Notes under the pieces: model-generated | What the model was told of the DNA's origin: nothing | Seen by the model: only the letters and a program-made list of their open reading frames with translations | The model's database searches: none | Position numbers and translations under genes: made by a program | From: Klebsormidium nitens | Lineage: Eukaryota > Plantae > Klebsormidiophyceae | Direction of reading: 5' to 3' | Length of the DNA: 64,000 nucleotides | NCBI GenBank assembly: GCA_000708835.1 | Contig: DF237159.1 | Span: forward strand, 79,660 to 143,659 | Shown here: piece after piece, positions 12,001 to 23,700 of the stretch | Layout of the letters: each line of letters starts with the position of its first letter | Numbering within the stretch: position 1 is the first letter of the stretch

Positions 12001-14952
12001 GCAGAACAAAACGTCATGCTGATGAGGTTTCTTTGTTGAGTGTGAGTGCGGGGCTGCAGTAGAAGCTCGTATAACCAGGAGTGCGCAAATGTCACTGGAT
12101 TCGTTGAATTTTCCTGCCGCTGCATTTTGCAGGGATGCGTTTCGTATGTGCTTCGATAGTTGATAGCGCAAGGAAAGCCAAAGCTGACGTCATGCTGACG
12201 TCACGCAACCAGAGTACCAGAGAGGTGGCAAACGCGCCGCAGACTTCCCAAGTCGGAAGAACACATTCCGCCGTTTACGTGAAACCGCATCAGTCAAGCC
12301 AGGCACTGTAGAAAGAAACAACATCTTCAGATTCTAACTCAGCACAAAACCTCACATTGTCGTAGTTCCGGTCAGGATCCCTCTTTTACTTGAAACCGCA
12401 TTAGTGAAAGCCAGGCACCATAGAAAAGTGCAATATTTTTTGGGTTCGAACTTAGCACGAAAGCTCACATTGTTGTAGTTCCCGTCAGGATCTGTCGGAT
12501 GCCCAGCACGGCCCCCGCTTCGTACGAGAACCGGGAGTCTGCCTGGTGCTTCCAAACCAGGAACTGGTTCGCCACGCCGTGCCCGCGCTTGACGCCAACG
12601 CTGCCACCCATGATGAGCGTATCTTTGGGAGAGATGGGGGCGGTCACAGTGGAGTTGATGGAAGATCTGCGAGAAAAGGCGAAACGGGGGGATCAGTTGA
12701 ACTCAAGAGTGTCAGTTCTGGGGCCCGGCTAACCCCACGCTGTTCGAGTTCTGAGCGGTTCCTTAGGAGAGATCGGAGCAGTCACAGTGGAGTTGATGGA
12801 GGAACTGCGAAAAGAAACAACAGGGGGGGATGAGAAGATTCGAATCTATAAACAGTCAGGGGGAGGTTGCTGGCAGTACTCATTCAGTCTTGGCAACCGC
12901 TTCGCACTGACGCTGCGCTTCAGGATGAGCGTATCCTTCCGGGAAATGGGGGCGGTCACAGTGGAATTGATGAAAGAACTGCAGTGAAAGTTACTTTGTA
13001 AGGACAAGGTTGGAAAGGGCCTTGGATGATGACATTCTTTACAGGAAGCTTTAAAAGCAGAGTGCGGGGTAAAGATACTTTCGTATCATACACGACAGGA
13101 TCCATATGCGGTAGAGATGAAGGAGGACCTGCGGAGGAATTCGGAAGGGGAGCGCTCTGCAGATGAAAACGAAACACCAGCTGCTGTCAGATCTACCTAG
13201 GAACGCGGTCAAAGGGGATTATGGAGGTAGCGCGGAAACAAACGGCACGGGAAGTGGCCTTCGAAACAACGTTGCAAGCCTGTCTATCTCATATCCAATT
13301 GCAAACGGCGTTCGCTGACCGGTGCGTTTGGCTTTCGGGCGACAAGAAACATTGCTGCACTACGTTCCGTACTGAACTATCCGACAAACTGCTTCTTTAT
13401 CTAACATTTGGCAGTACCATCTTCGAAATCTCTTGCATAGTCAACGCATCAGTGCTGGAACTGTGGTCCCTGCCGATCTGGACTCTACAGGCTTTAGAGA
13501 AGGATTTCGGGAACAGATCGAAGGTCTCCCCATGCTTACGTCAGTTGTTGCACGCCTCTCCTCCGCCAGTCGTTGATGGCTATGCTAGTCAACAGGGTGG
13601 ACGTCTGGTTGAGCCGGGACTGGAGCTTGTTTTCGCTCTGCACAGAAACCAAAAGGACTTTTACGGGAAAACTTCAGGCAGCTAGAGTTGTGACTTGCGA
13701 GCGCCTTGGGCAACAGCCACAACGAAAATCTATGCTCAGCTGTGATTCGATGTTTTTGGGGCAGCTAGAAATAAGTCAGGAAGCTTTGCACGTCTTCAGT
13801 TTTCTTCGAACTATTGCGCGGCCCATACCAGGCTCCGTTTCCAGAAGCTTGTTGCTCCGTTGCCAAGTACTAAAACGGCCACAAGACTCTTATTCATGAT
13901 AATTGAAAACTGACGTGCCTTCAAATGAATCACACGACTTTCCGATGAACTGCCGAAAATTTCCTAGCCTAAGAACAACTCAGAAACTGCTTGGAGACTC
14001 GTCCTTGCACAACAACCGACTGATGTTGCACATAATTGGACTTGCTTATGAACATGCTAAAAACCCTCCTTTCATTTCGAGTCTGAAGAGCCTTCACCTG
14101 CCGCATTTGATACAGCTCATAAGCCTTTCGCATCTCGTCCTTCATTCCGAGATGCTCCCCCAGGTCCATCCCCGAGGCAAGGCCCTTCTTCCCGTAAATG
14201 TCATAGATCTGGGGCACAGGAGGCAAGGAATCAGACAAAATGAGGCCCGTCTTCCTGGTTTTGTCATCAATCGGTACATAGGACGGAAGGTTTGAGTCAA
14301 GACTAGGCCCTTCTTCCCACAGATGTCATAGATCTGGGGGCACAGGAGGGAAGGAATCAGACCGGATGAGGCCCTTCTTCCTTGGTTGTCAACGATTGAA
14401 GCTCAGGAGGACAGAAACTCGACAGTGAGACCCTCCTCCTTGTAATTGTCAAAGATCTGGGGCACAGGCAGGAAGGATTGAGGCACACTGGAACATTAGG
14501 CCCCACCTTTAGGTAGAGGCATAATACCTTGTTTAATATAATTAAAAGCCAGTATTTTTACTGGCATAAACCTGGACCTTCTGTTCTACTCCATCCAAAA
14601 AGTGGTCCTTAATTCGCTTAAACAGCCCATGCGGATTGTATAAAGTCAACCTATCTCACAATATTCTCACTCAGATGGCCAACGACCTTTCCTTTCCGTT
14701 CCCCAGGCTCACCTCTCTCCTCTGTGGATCGCTGAGGGTCTCGTATGCGTCCCGTATTCGGTTGAACTGCTCTGTTGCGACCGCCTTTAGAGCGGTTGAG
14801 CCTCCAGGGACCTTGTCAGGATGACACAGCATTGCCAGGCCGCGGTAGGCCTTGAGAAGTTCGTCGTCCGACGCGTCTTTTGGAACGTTGAGGATGCCAT
14901 ATAGGTCGAGGTCTGGCTCCTCAACCTGACTACCTAGCCGGCGCTGCGCCAT
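6042..14952 (-). CDS. DNAJC11: DnaJ homolog subfamily C member 11 / ATJ13-like J-protein (N-terminal J domain, C-terminal DUF3395-type region), about 12 exons
   Basis: Exon 1 14713-14952 is the J domain (LYGILNV...CHPDKV...YETLSDPQRR). Exon 2 is 14098-14208 (IYDIYGKKGL). Further exons: ~13539-13636, 12469-12666, ~11703-11815 (RQLSKHMTASLS...WSRQLT), ~10850-11025, ~9993-10075, ~9296-9368 (GVLWKIRYTRGGQKFIIP), ~8505-8587, ~7853-7930, 7101-7382 (GLVIVEAVYG...LDVTTPVQFLV), and 6042-6221 ([24 protein letters not shown]). Exon order matches plant ATJ13 as I recall it. Confidence 0.95.
7939..7996. repeat. Exact 29-bp tandem duplication in the polypyrimidine/branch region just upstream of a DNAJC11 acceptor
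   Basis: ACCAAAGCAGACCCATCAGAGACCGCCAC occurs at 7939-7967 and 7968-7996. Confidence 0.9.
12270..12990. repeat. Degenerate duplications of both edges of DNAJC11 exon 12469-12666 in the flanking introns
   Basis: Donor-side copy CTCACATTGTCGTAGTTCCGGTCAGGATC at 12351 vs real at 12464 (offset 113). Acceptor-side GTCACAGTGGA(G/A)TTGATG at 12643 (real), 12781 and 12955. Confidence 0.85.
14181..14480. repeat. About five degenerate ~62-bp units derived from the DNAJC11 exon 2 acceptor junction
   Basis: Near-identical CCCTTCTTCCC...TGTCATAGATCTGGGG(G)CACAGGAGG at 14183 and 14308, a third copy at 14431, and more decayed half-period copies near 14243 and 14370. Confidence 0.85.
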
Positions 14953-17589
14953 TGTTTTGCGAGTCTCTCAAGAGTCTCTTTCCCTTCCCTCCTCTTCTTA
15001 ATCCCCCTCTTTCTTTTTGCTCTTTACATCAGTCTTCTGTCACTGTCCTCATTCCTGTCTTTTCACCACTTCAGTTCTCTACGGCAAGCTGTTGATCCGG
15101 AATCCAATCTCCCCAACAGAAGTGGGGCCTAACGGGATATCCTACTTCCAAAAGTGCTTTTCATCCCTGAGCTTGGGAACACCTGCAGTAACGCACCAAA
15201 TTGAAGATCCTGGAGCCGTTTGAGTAATCTCCAAGCTTACTCTTCGCTTGACCTGCTGCTCTTAGAATCTCAAGACCTCTGGTGGTGAGTCCGAAGCTTT
15301 CTTGAGAAAGTTTCCGGCGGCGCTTTGAAAGCTCCTTATGTAACTCTGCAGCTGCTATCCTCTACACATAGAAGGATGGTCTGCTCCGGTGCAGGCCTGC
15401 AGAGTAAAGTTTCTTCTTCACTTGCATTTTCCACGGAAAGAGCAAAATAAAGTTAACGGAGAACTCAACTACAGCTACTCATTCAAAGACTTACCACCAC
15501 CAACGGTCCAAGGAAGGGTCACTTTTGAAGAACGCCACCCTGCAGGAAGTAGTGCCGACAGTTCCCCAGGACAGACTTTTTTACAAGCAGACAGACAATA
15601 TTAGAAAACATGTCAAGTTGATGGTGTCCGTTCAATATCAAAGTACAAGAAGCAAAGTCTTCTGCCTGCATGTAAGCTCCTAATTCCAACACGACTCCCA
15701 AAGAAACAGACTTGGAACAGAGTTCAGAATGTTTAAGATCCTCATTACTATTGCGAAACATCATACGACACCAGTGCACAGCATTGCAAAACTTTTCGAG
15801 AAAACAGGACACTCATGCGCGTACCGGTATTCGCATGTCGCTTGGGGGTGTTCTTGGGACCAATGCTGTAGCTTTAGAAAAGCTTTGCTCCTGAGCTACA
15901 ACATTCTTTCGATCAGGTCCATGCGCTAATTTCAATTTTCAGGAAAAGGGCCAAGAGCAAAAGTTTTGCTGGAGAGGAACCTTTTCAAGGCTTTGCTTGA
16001 TGACCACTGCAAGGCAAGTTTGTCATAAGCGATGAGCACTTCGTCCCATAGGGGGACGGTATACCTAGGTGGAAGAGAAGGTACTATACGCCGACGTTGC
16101 TGCCCCACCCCTGCTGACCAGATTGCCAAGGCTCGCTGTACTGTTCGGAGCCCTGGATTCTTGTTTGCCTATAATACAATAAAGTTAGCAGTACGACCTT
16201 ACGACGTACCGTATATCTGCATACGGTATATGCTATACCGGTACTACAGTGAGGCCCAGGGGCACTCCTGACTCCTGATTCCTGAAGGCTGAAGCAGCAT
16301 CCTGCTGATTGGACTCGGAGCATGGAAAGTGGCTGCAGATGACCAAAGACGGTAGGTCCAATTAAGGCATCACGAGAAGTTGTGGAGCAAGGAGAGCGCT
16401 TGCAACACAGCTCCCCCATGCCAATGAGGTTGTAAGTGGTTAATTTGCATCTCGCATACCACAAGCAAAGCTCATCGGGCAGGTAATGTCGGGCTAGTGG
16501 TCAGGCGAGCAGGTGCACCAACTTTTTGAGAGCAGTGCTCAATTCATCTGGAGGAATCATTCATTCTCTCCTTCACAAGATCAACTCGGTGGAGTTGGCA
16601 AACAAAAGCAGGGTAAACTGAGAGCTTACGGCGGCATCAACTTCTGATGGCTGCAAAAGCGGCTGCCAATGACGGCGCCAAGAATGTGGTGCCGAGTATA
16701 AGCGCTGTGGCACCCACTGATTGGACCACGGCAAGCGAGAACCCAAAGCTAGAGGGGTGCGGAGCCAAGGGGACTGATTGCGAAGAGTGAGCTCAAAACA
16801 CAGTCTCTGGCTTGGAAAGTGTGGTCGCGATTCCAGGCGCCACACTTGAAGGAGGAGACAGACCTTGTACATTCTAGTCTTTCAAAAAGATCTGGCGCAA
16901 AGAAACTGTTCTGCACCCCCTTGTCAGATTGCTGCCAGTGACGTCACAATGGCAATCCCAATTGGGCTTACTTTTGGAAGTCTTTGATGGTGAAATTGCG
17001 TATGCTCCCTTGAGTTTCTCCAAATACAGGAGTTGCCCTTGATGTTGCAATGAGGGAATGAAGAGTTCTAGGCTGCTCCCTAACTGTCTAGCTTGCCAGG
17101 TCTTTGCGGAGTCCGCTTAAGTTGTCCAAACACCTGCCTTGATTCACAATGCCCTCAGTGCAGGGCCAAGGAAATTGTCAGGGAGTTCAGGCTTGTTGTG
17201 TGTCTTCTCATTGCTGTTGAATCAGGCAAAACTGAAGGGCTATCGTCAAGCCCCTGATCTGAGAGCTGCGGTCTGTCCCTGAGCAGGTGTTGCACAGGAT
17301 CATACGGGTTCAGTCAAATGCCATGGAGGATCTACTGTAAGAAGGTAAGACTTTGGATTGACATCACGGGGGAAAGAAAGATCTCATTGGTCAATCCACT
17401 TCCATCCTTTTTCAGTTATTTTGGTAGCTGCCGGCAGTTGTGCAAGTTGGATTCACATTTAATTATCTGAATACACTGGTGCAGCTTCCTGAAAAAGTCA
17501 GGGGAAGGAGCCAAATCTTGACACGATCAGCCCTGCTTTCTCAATGCGCTACGTAGATCCTTGGCGCCTACGAGTGTTGGACGAATAGA

Positions 17590-18703
17590 GTGCGTCCTCG
17601 CAATTGGCTGACTCAAGAAAATATTCAGGAGGTTACCCTGGAAGTTGAACACTGGAATAACCCCACCAGTGCAGTGTCACATCTGAAAGGGGCCCTCCTG
17701 AATTTTGATAGACAATTGTCTGAGTTTAAGTTGCTCAGGGTTGAAGTGTGTCAGTCTAGACCAAACGCTCAAGCTTGCGCTCAACTGGTGAGTGAGACTG
17801 TTCAGCAACTTCCATTAGAATGCTGAGGTCCTATCCTCCCTCTGCAGGGGTGCAATCTGGAGGGTGACTGGAAAGACTGTAAGCCAGTGTCTCCCTCTTG
17901 CTTATCGTCCCTGCGACCTTTTGATCAACATCCCATAGATGCATGCTGCTACATCCTCGTGTTCTTTATGTGGAACGCAGTGGTTGTGATTGAATCGAGG
18001 TGCATCTAACTGAGAACGTTCTGATGGTTGATCAAATGTCGTTCATTGGATTCTTCAGGAGCTGTTTTCTGCCGAAAGCGAGCACACACAGTCAAAGTTT
18101 TCAACTTTGAACAGACGACCTGGAATACATGTATACGTGAGGAGGTTGACTGTCGGACTGTGAGGTTGAAACAAGGATTATTAGTTGCGACGCAAACTCG
18201 TTTCCTTCGGAAGAGTATGCTGGGTCCGTGAAATTGTCCGGCGGACCTCCCTCATGTTTATGCTGAAATTGCTTCTCTGCTACTCCTTTATAGGCCAGAG
18301 CTCCTGCAAAGACATGTGCTTCAAGGACCCCACCATCAGGGACTACAAGTGGTCCAGCTGGGTCGACCGATCACCCGGCGATCCAGTCAAGTCAAAGGTA
18401 GGGCTGAAAGACTCCTTTACTTTTAAGGCAGACACTCAGTTTACAGATGGGCCCAGCTGTCCTGGAATCGACGTTTACCATCTATAAGTGGAGTGGATCG
18501 AACGCGATTTCGACGAGGGCGCACCGTTCCGCCCTTGGTTGTCTAACCCGGTTCTGAACCTGGTTGTCAAACCAAGGCCTAACGTACCTGATTCCCAAAC
18601 GGAGACAGAGAAGCACGACTCAAGGGCACCAGAATCCTTCCAATTGGATGGGAGTTATAGTTTCGTACGACCCATACTCTTAAATCTGATGCTTCCAAAG
18701 TGA
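17590..18703 (+). pseudogene. Coding-like fragments of an unidentified gene or pseudogene
   Basis: GC3-rich segment 18295-18407 (QSSCKDMCFKDPTIRDYKWSSWVDRSPGDPVKSK) is bounded by TTTATAG and AAG|GTAGGG. The same frame continues through a TAA at 18485-18487 into VEWIERDFDEGAPFRPWLSNP. The 17590-17826 ORF is also protein-like. No family recognised. Confidence 0.3.
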
Positions 18704-19720
18704 AAGTATCGAGTCTGTGTGTACGAACAGCCTGGCATTCTTTTGCATTGAAGATAGACCAATCCTTTTGGCGACATAAAAGAACAATGACAAGAGGCTG
18801 GTCCCCGAACGGAGGCGCTTTATAGACACCTTTTGCCATATGCGGAAGGGTTCCAACCCGCTTTCATCACTCTTCAAGGTCACCCGGCAGCGTTTCCGTC
18901 CAGCTCCTTTTTGGCTCGATAAGCAGTTCGCTAATCTGGGTCTTGATCTACTTGTAACGTGACGCTTTAATACGAATCCTTTAGCAACGTGAATGGCGGC
19001 AACAATGGTCAATGAAAGCAGACAAGATAACGAAACGGAATATGTTGGAAGTAACACCACTGGGGAGAGTCCTTAGGTTTCATATCTTGAGTACCTACTC
19101 TCCTACGTTCAGGATGCGATCCTGTTTCTTTTTTTCCATTTCGAATCAGGTCTGGAGCTGCTCTCTTGTCAGGGCAAGATGTATTGGCGCATACTCTAGG
19201 GACACCACGCAACATTATACGAATCACTCTTGTGTATTACTCTTGCAGGCCTGCACAGAAGCATGCTTGAAGGGTTGCCTATGGCGGGTGAGTTCAAGCG
19301 AACCCGACACGTCTGCTTGGCTTCTATATTTGGACTGCTCGCAAGTGAGGTACGCGCATGCAGTCATCTCGTTTTGACGAGACAGAAAGCGAAGGAAGAA
19401 AGTGAAGGACCACATTTCATGTTTCCTTGCGCATTTGTGTCGGCCCGGTTTCCCCACCTCTGAACTTCAGAGTCTGTGAAGTTGCTTCCAGGTATGCAGC
19501 AAAAGACTGTCAGGATGCTTTAAAGGATCTGCATCGATATTTTTTGTGCAGATGTTCTTCCAGAAAGAGGACAACTAATGAGCACATCGAAACGATGTGC
19601 GTTCAACAAGCTACTTCAACATTCTTTTGTACGGCAGCGTTGCGGCGTTGAGGCCACTTAAACAGGATTGCAATGAGGACACGAGCGCTTGGAGTTGCTC
19701 CAGGTACAAACTTTTGTCTC

Positions 19721-19924
19721 CTATTGGATTAGATGCTTGGACTTAAAGTCTATGGAACTACTAAGCGGTATAGAGTCGAACTTAAAGACCTCATAAACCT
19801 TCATATTTGCACTTGCACTCGCTGGTAGATTTTCAAACGTGAACTTAACTTTGAATGCCTGAGTACCACTTTGGCCCAACGATAGCTGGATCGGCCCTCC
19901 AACTAGACCGTCAAAGGTCTGCAC
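19721..19924 (-). CDS. Possible orphan terminal exon (unknown product)
   Basis: Acceptor-like ACTAG|GTGCAG opens 67 codons of beta-strand-like composition (VQTFDGLVGGPIQLSL...FKVKFTFENL...) ending in TAG. No upstream exon was found. Confidence 0.25.
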   Translation of the reverse strand: MQTFDGLVGGPIQLSLGQSGTQAFKVKFTFENLPASASANMKVYEVFKFDSIPLSSSIDFKSKHLIQ

Positions 19925-20739
19925 CTAGTCAAATTGCGCAAGTCATTGCATGGAAGCCCGCTCACCTATAGCCGCCAGATTCTGTCAAGTGTACATAAAT
20001 GCATCATTGGAGCCCCATGAGAACGTACGGTTGCATGACATGACGCTATATGCGCAATGTTGGTTTGAGTGACCATGTGTACATATCATGCCGCCATGTC
20101 ACCGTGTCCGGGCACAGATCATGCTCCACGTTGCCATCCAGCGCCGTAGCTGGCGCCAGCTATCATGCTCCGTTGCCATCCGATTCAGGCCGGGCGGCTA
20201 ACGGTAATTAATTAATTGACTCATTGTACGCGGTTCGACATGCAATGAGCTAGCTCTAACGGAGAATTCTGGCAGCTTCCGCGACAATTGCAATATGTAC
20301 TACAAGATATAACGGCCCAAGCTCAATGATTTGCACATGCAATTGGCCAGGCAATAGTCACATTAGCCTAGGCTGGCGCGGCACATGGTGCGCATTTTTC
20401 GTACGGCCAGCCACTTGACGCTTTCATGCAACGTGCAATGATGTATGCATGTACGTTCCAAACAGGCAGACAGTGACCCTACACCTGGCACTGTAAGCTC
20501 TCAAAAGTCGATACGTTGCAGATCGCCATGCTTCAACGGAAGCACGCTGAAGATCTATTTTACATCCATGACGATCAAAGCAAGAAAGTCCAGTGTAGCA
20601 ACCTGGTGCAACGGTCACTCCCCACACAAATAAGCGGAGATGGGCCAAAGATGTGGCCGGACAATACGTTCTGCTTTATGTTCGACCAATGTTTCCCAAG
20701 TGCGAACCTTCGCAAGTTTCTCAGAGCTCAGTGGCATCA

Positions 20740-23700
20740 TCAGCGGCCGAACCCAGGCGGCAAGTCCAAGTCCCTCGGCTGGGGAGGGGGGTTTTGCGGG
20801 CGACCGAACCCGGGGGGTAACCCATCATCCGGAGCGTTGTCTGATCGCCCCAAGAAACGAACCGGTCCCCGCATGTCTTGGTGCGGGTTCGGCACCGGAG
20901 GTTGGCCGCCGTAGTACGGCGGCGGGGGCGCCGTTCCGGCCCCAGGGTTTGGAAGGGTTGGGAAGTTGGGCCGGTTCGAGAATGGCTCGGGCAAAACAAA
21001 CTCAGGGAGCTCGTCCTCGCCGTCCGAAAGGGCCCCATGTCCGGCCCAATTGCGCGTCTCCCCAGCCACCCGTAGCGCGCCTCCGGTCACGACAGGGCCC
21101 CGCCCCGGCGGGCTCTGGTGTGACGTCAGCCGGTTGGTGGGGCTCGCCTGCGGGTGGCGGTACGGGGACGTGACACGTGGCGGGCTGCGGTAAGGTGACG
21201 TCATCCGGGGCGGGCTCGTCTGCGGCGCGCGGGGTGGTGACGTCATCCAGGGCGGAGTGGGTTGGGGGGCTGAGAACGGCGGGGGCTGGGGCGGTTGTTG
21301 GTAGCCGAAGAGCGGCCCTCCTGGAAGCGACGCTTCTGGGGGGTTCGTTTGCATGCCTCCCCTGCCCCCTGAATGTACCCTCTGCTGGGGACTCCCCCTT
21401 GGGTTAACCCCTAACCCGCGGTCAGCAAAGCCGCTCGAGCGGTTCCGGTCGGGTGAGAAAGATTCCGTGCGCTGCTGTCCGGAAAAGGCCTTGCTGGGCA
21501 CAGCGACGCCGGCGCCACTGCCGGAATAGCCCGGGGGCAAGTCGGCCCGTCTCTCAACAGGGCCCCCGAACCCTCTCGCTTCGTGCTGGGCGGACCCCGA
21601 AAATGTGACACGCTGCTGGGGGGGGCTGCTTTTCGGCGGACCACGCTCCCCCCCGGAATGGGGGGCGGTTTGGGTTGTCCCCGCGAATGAGTGTCTTTGC
21701 TCCGCAAGGGGGGGTCCCGGCCAACTCGGTGACCGCTGGTTGGTTTCCGCACTCGGTCGGAAAGTTTTGGCTTCCTCCGGAGGCGAGTGCGCCGTTTTGG
21801 CGAAGTCCACGGACTTCCCCTGAGCAATTCCCCGTTCAGCCGTCCCCTCCCCTTTCGCGCTACTCGAAACGCTCCCCGAGGGCCTAGCGATGCCCCCCCG
21901 CGCCGTTGCCCCATGCTCCGGAACCGGAACCCCCTGTCCGGAAACCGTACCCCCCTGAAGCGAAACCGCACCCCCTGGTCGGGGCCGATCCCCAGCCTTC
22001 TTCCCCGCCGCCCTGTCAATCACGAGCTGCAGGGGGGTGTCCTCATTCAACAGCGCCGAAGGGGGGGGCCGTTTCTTTACCCCCCCAGGAGACTTCGGCT
22101 CAGCGTTCAGGTCCAAAACCGGAACGGCGGACTTCTTCCGGTGCTCAGGGATTGCGGTCGGGGAAGCCAGCCCCCGGAATGAGGGGGGCGCACGCAACCC
22201 TCCGGTCCAATCTGCCGCGTGCCCCCCCTTTGCGCCCAACGGCTGCGCCTCTTGACGGGGATCTAAAGAGCGCTCCAATCTCATCCGTATGCTTTGGCTG
22301 GTGCTTTGGCCCCCCCCCTGATTTGCTGCCAGATCGCCCCCCCGGAACGAGGATCCGTCGACAGAGGCCCTCCCTTCCGCCCCAAACGATGGGCCAAAGC
22401 TGTGCAACCCCGCGCTCAGGGGGGCCGCTTTCTGCCCCGCAACCACCCCCCCGGAAGGAGCTACCGCAGTCAGGGGGCGGCCCTGAGCAAACCCATCCGG
22501 TTTGACAGGAACCCCCTGCAGCAAATTCTGGACACCGCCAAAGGGCGAAACGGTTCCTGCGCTTGGAGAGGGGGGCGGCTTGTCGTTCGAGTCAAAGAGC
22601 CGCCCCGAAACGTCAGATCCTAACCCCCTGCCTCGCCCTCTGCCTCTTCCCCCCCTCCCTCTGCCCCCTTCCGAGACCCCCCTGCCGCGTCCCCTGTGGA
22701 CAGTCGCGAACTGCCGGTTACCATCCCCTTGACCATCCCCCAACCCGGTTTTCTTCTTGGCTGGTTTAGGGAGGAGCCCACCTCCGAGAGGCTTCCTGGC
22801 AAGCGCCGCAATTGGGGGACTGTCCGACGGGCTAAAGCCAGCCTGCGCATCCCCCCCCGAAACATTGATCCGCTGTAGATTCGCACCTGGGCTCGCCAAG
22901 TTTGTGGCTGCGGTGACGCCGCCGCTCAGCACGCTGTTAGCCTGACCCTGCAGCAAACCCGGGGCTAACCCAAGTGCACCAACGCCCGCTCCCGCGCCAG
23001 CTGGCGCACTCCCATTCGACGGGGCAACGCTCCGCTCCCCCCCACCTTGACCCCATCCTCTGCTGACATCACCACTCCCAGTGTAAGACGTCACGACTCC
23101 CCCCAGCTTGCCCACCAGCCCGGACATATTCACGGGGGTTCCGTCCGCTGCTTTCGCCACCCCCCCGGAAGGATGTGCGGCCTGGATGGGGGGCCCGTTC
23201 GCCGCTTTGGCGGCCCCCCCGGGAGGTGCTGGTGACTTGCGAGGCCTGCCCAGTGGCTTAGAACCCTTGGAAACCTTCAGCTTGATCTTGTTGATGGGAA
23301 TGTCTTCCAAGTCCTCCTCACCCTGGCGCAGCTTCTTGCGGGGTTTGGCGGGTTTGGGCTCCTTAGGCTCCCTGCAAAAAGAGTTTCATACGCATATATA
23401 TGCAGTTGACACGTGGGTGATCAAAATTTCTATTCCGCTTTGCTTCAAAGAACAAGCGCACCAAATCAGAACTCCAAGACTCGAAAAGCTCTACAACTCA
23501 GAAAGAAAGTGTCGTTTGACACGGTGCTGGACCCTCTTTGAAGTTTTTCAAACCACGTTCGGTTGGTTTGAACGACGGCTGGTCGATTAGTACTATAACC
23601 ACACTCATCCACGTCGTATCCGCTTCTAAACAGTTAAGGTGCGAGCTGGTGGCTGCGGCCTGGAGAAAAGAAAAAACAAACCCAGAGAAAAAAGGGGACA

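Noticed and set aside
14181-14480. Repeat array as a CRISPR locus
   Set aside because: Units are degenerate exon-junction copies without unique spacers, in a eukaryotic intron, with no cas genes.
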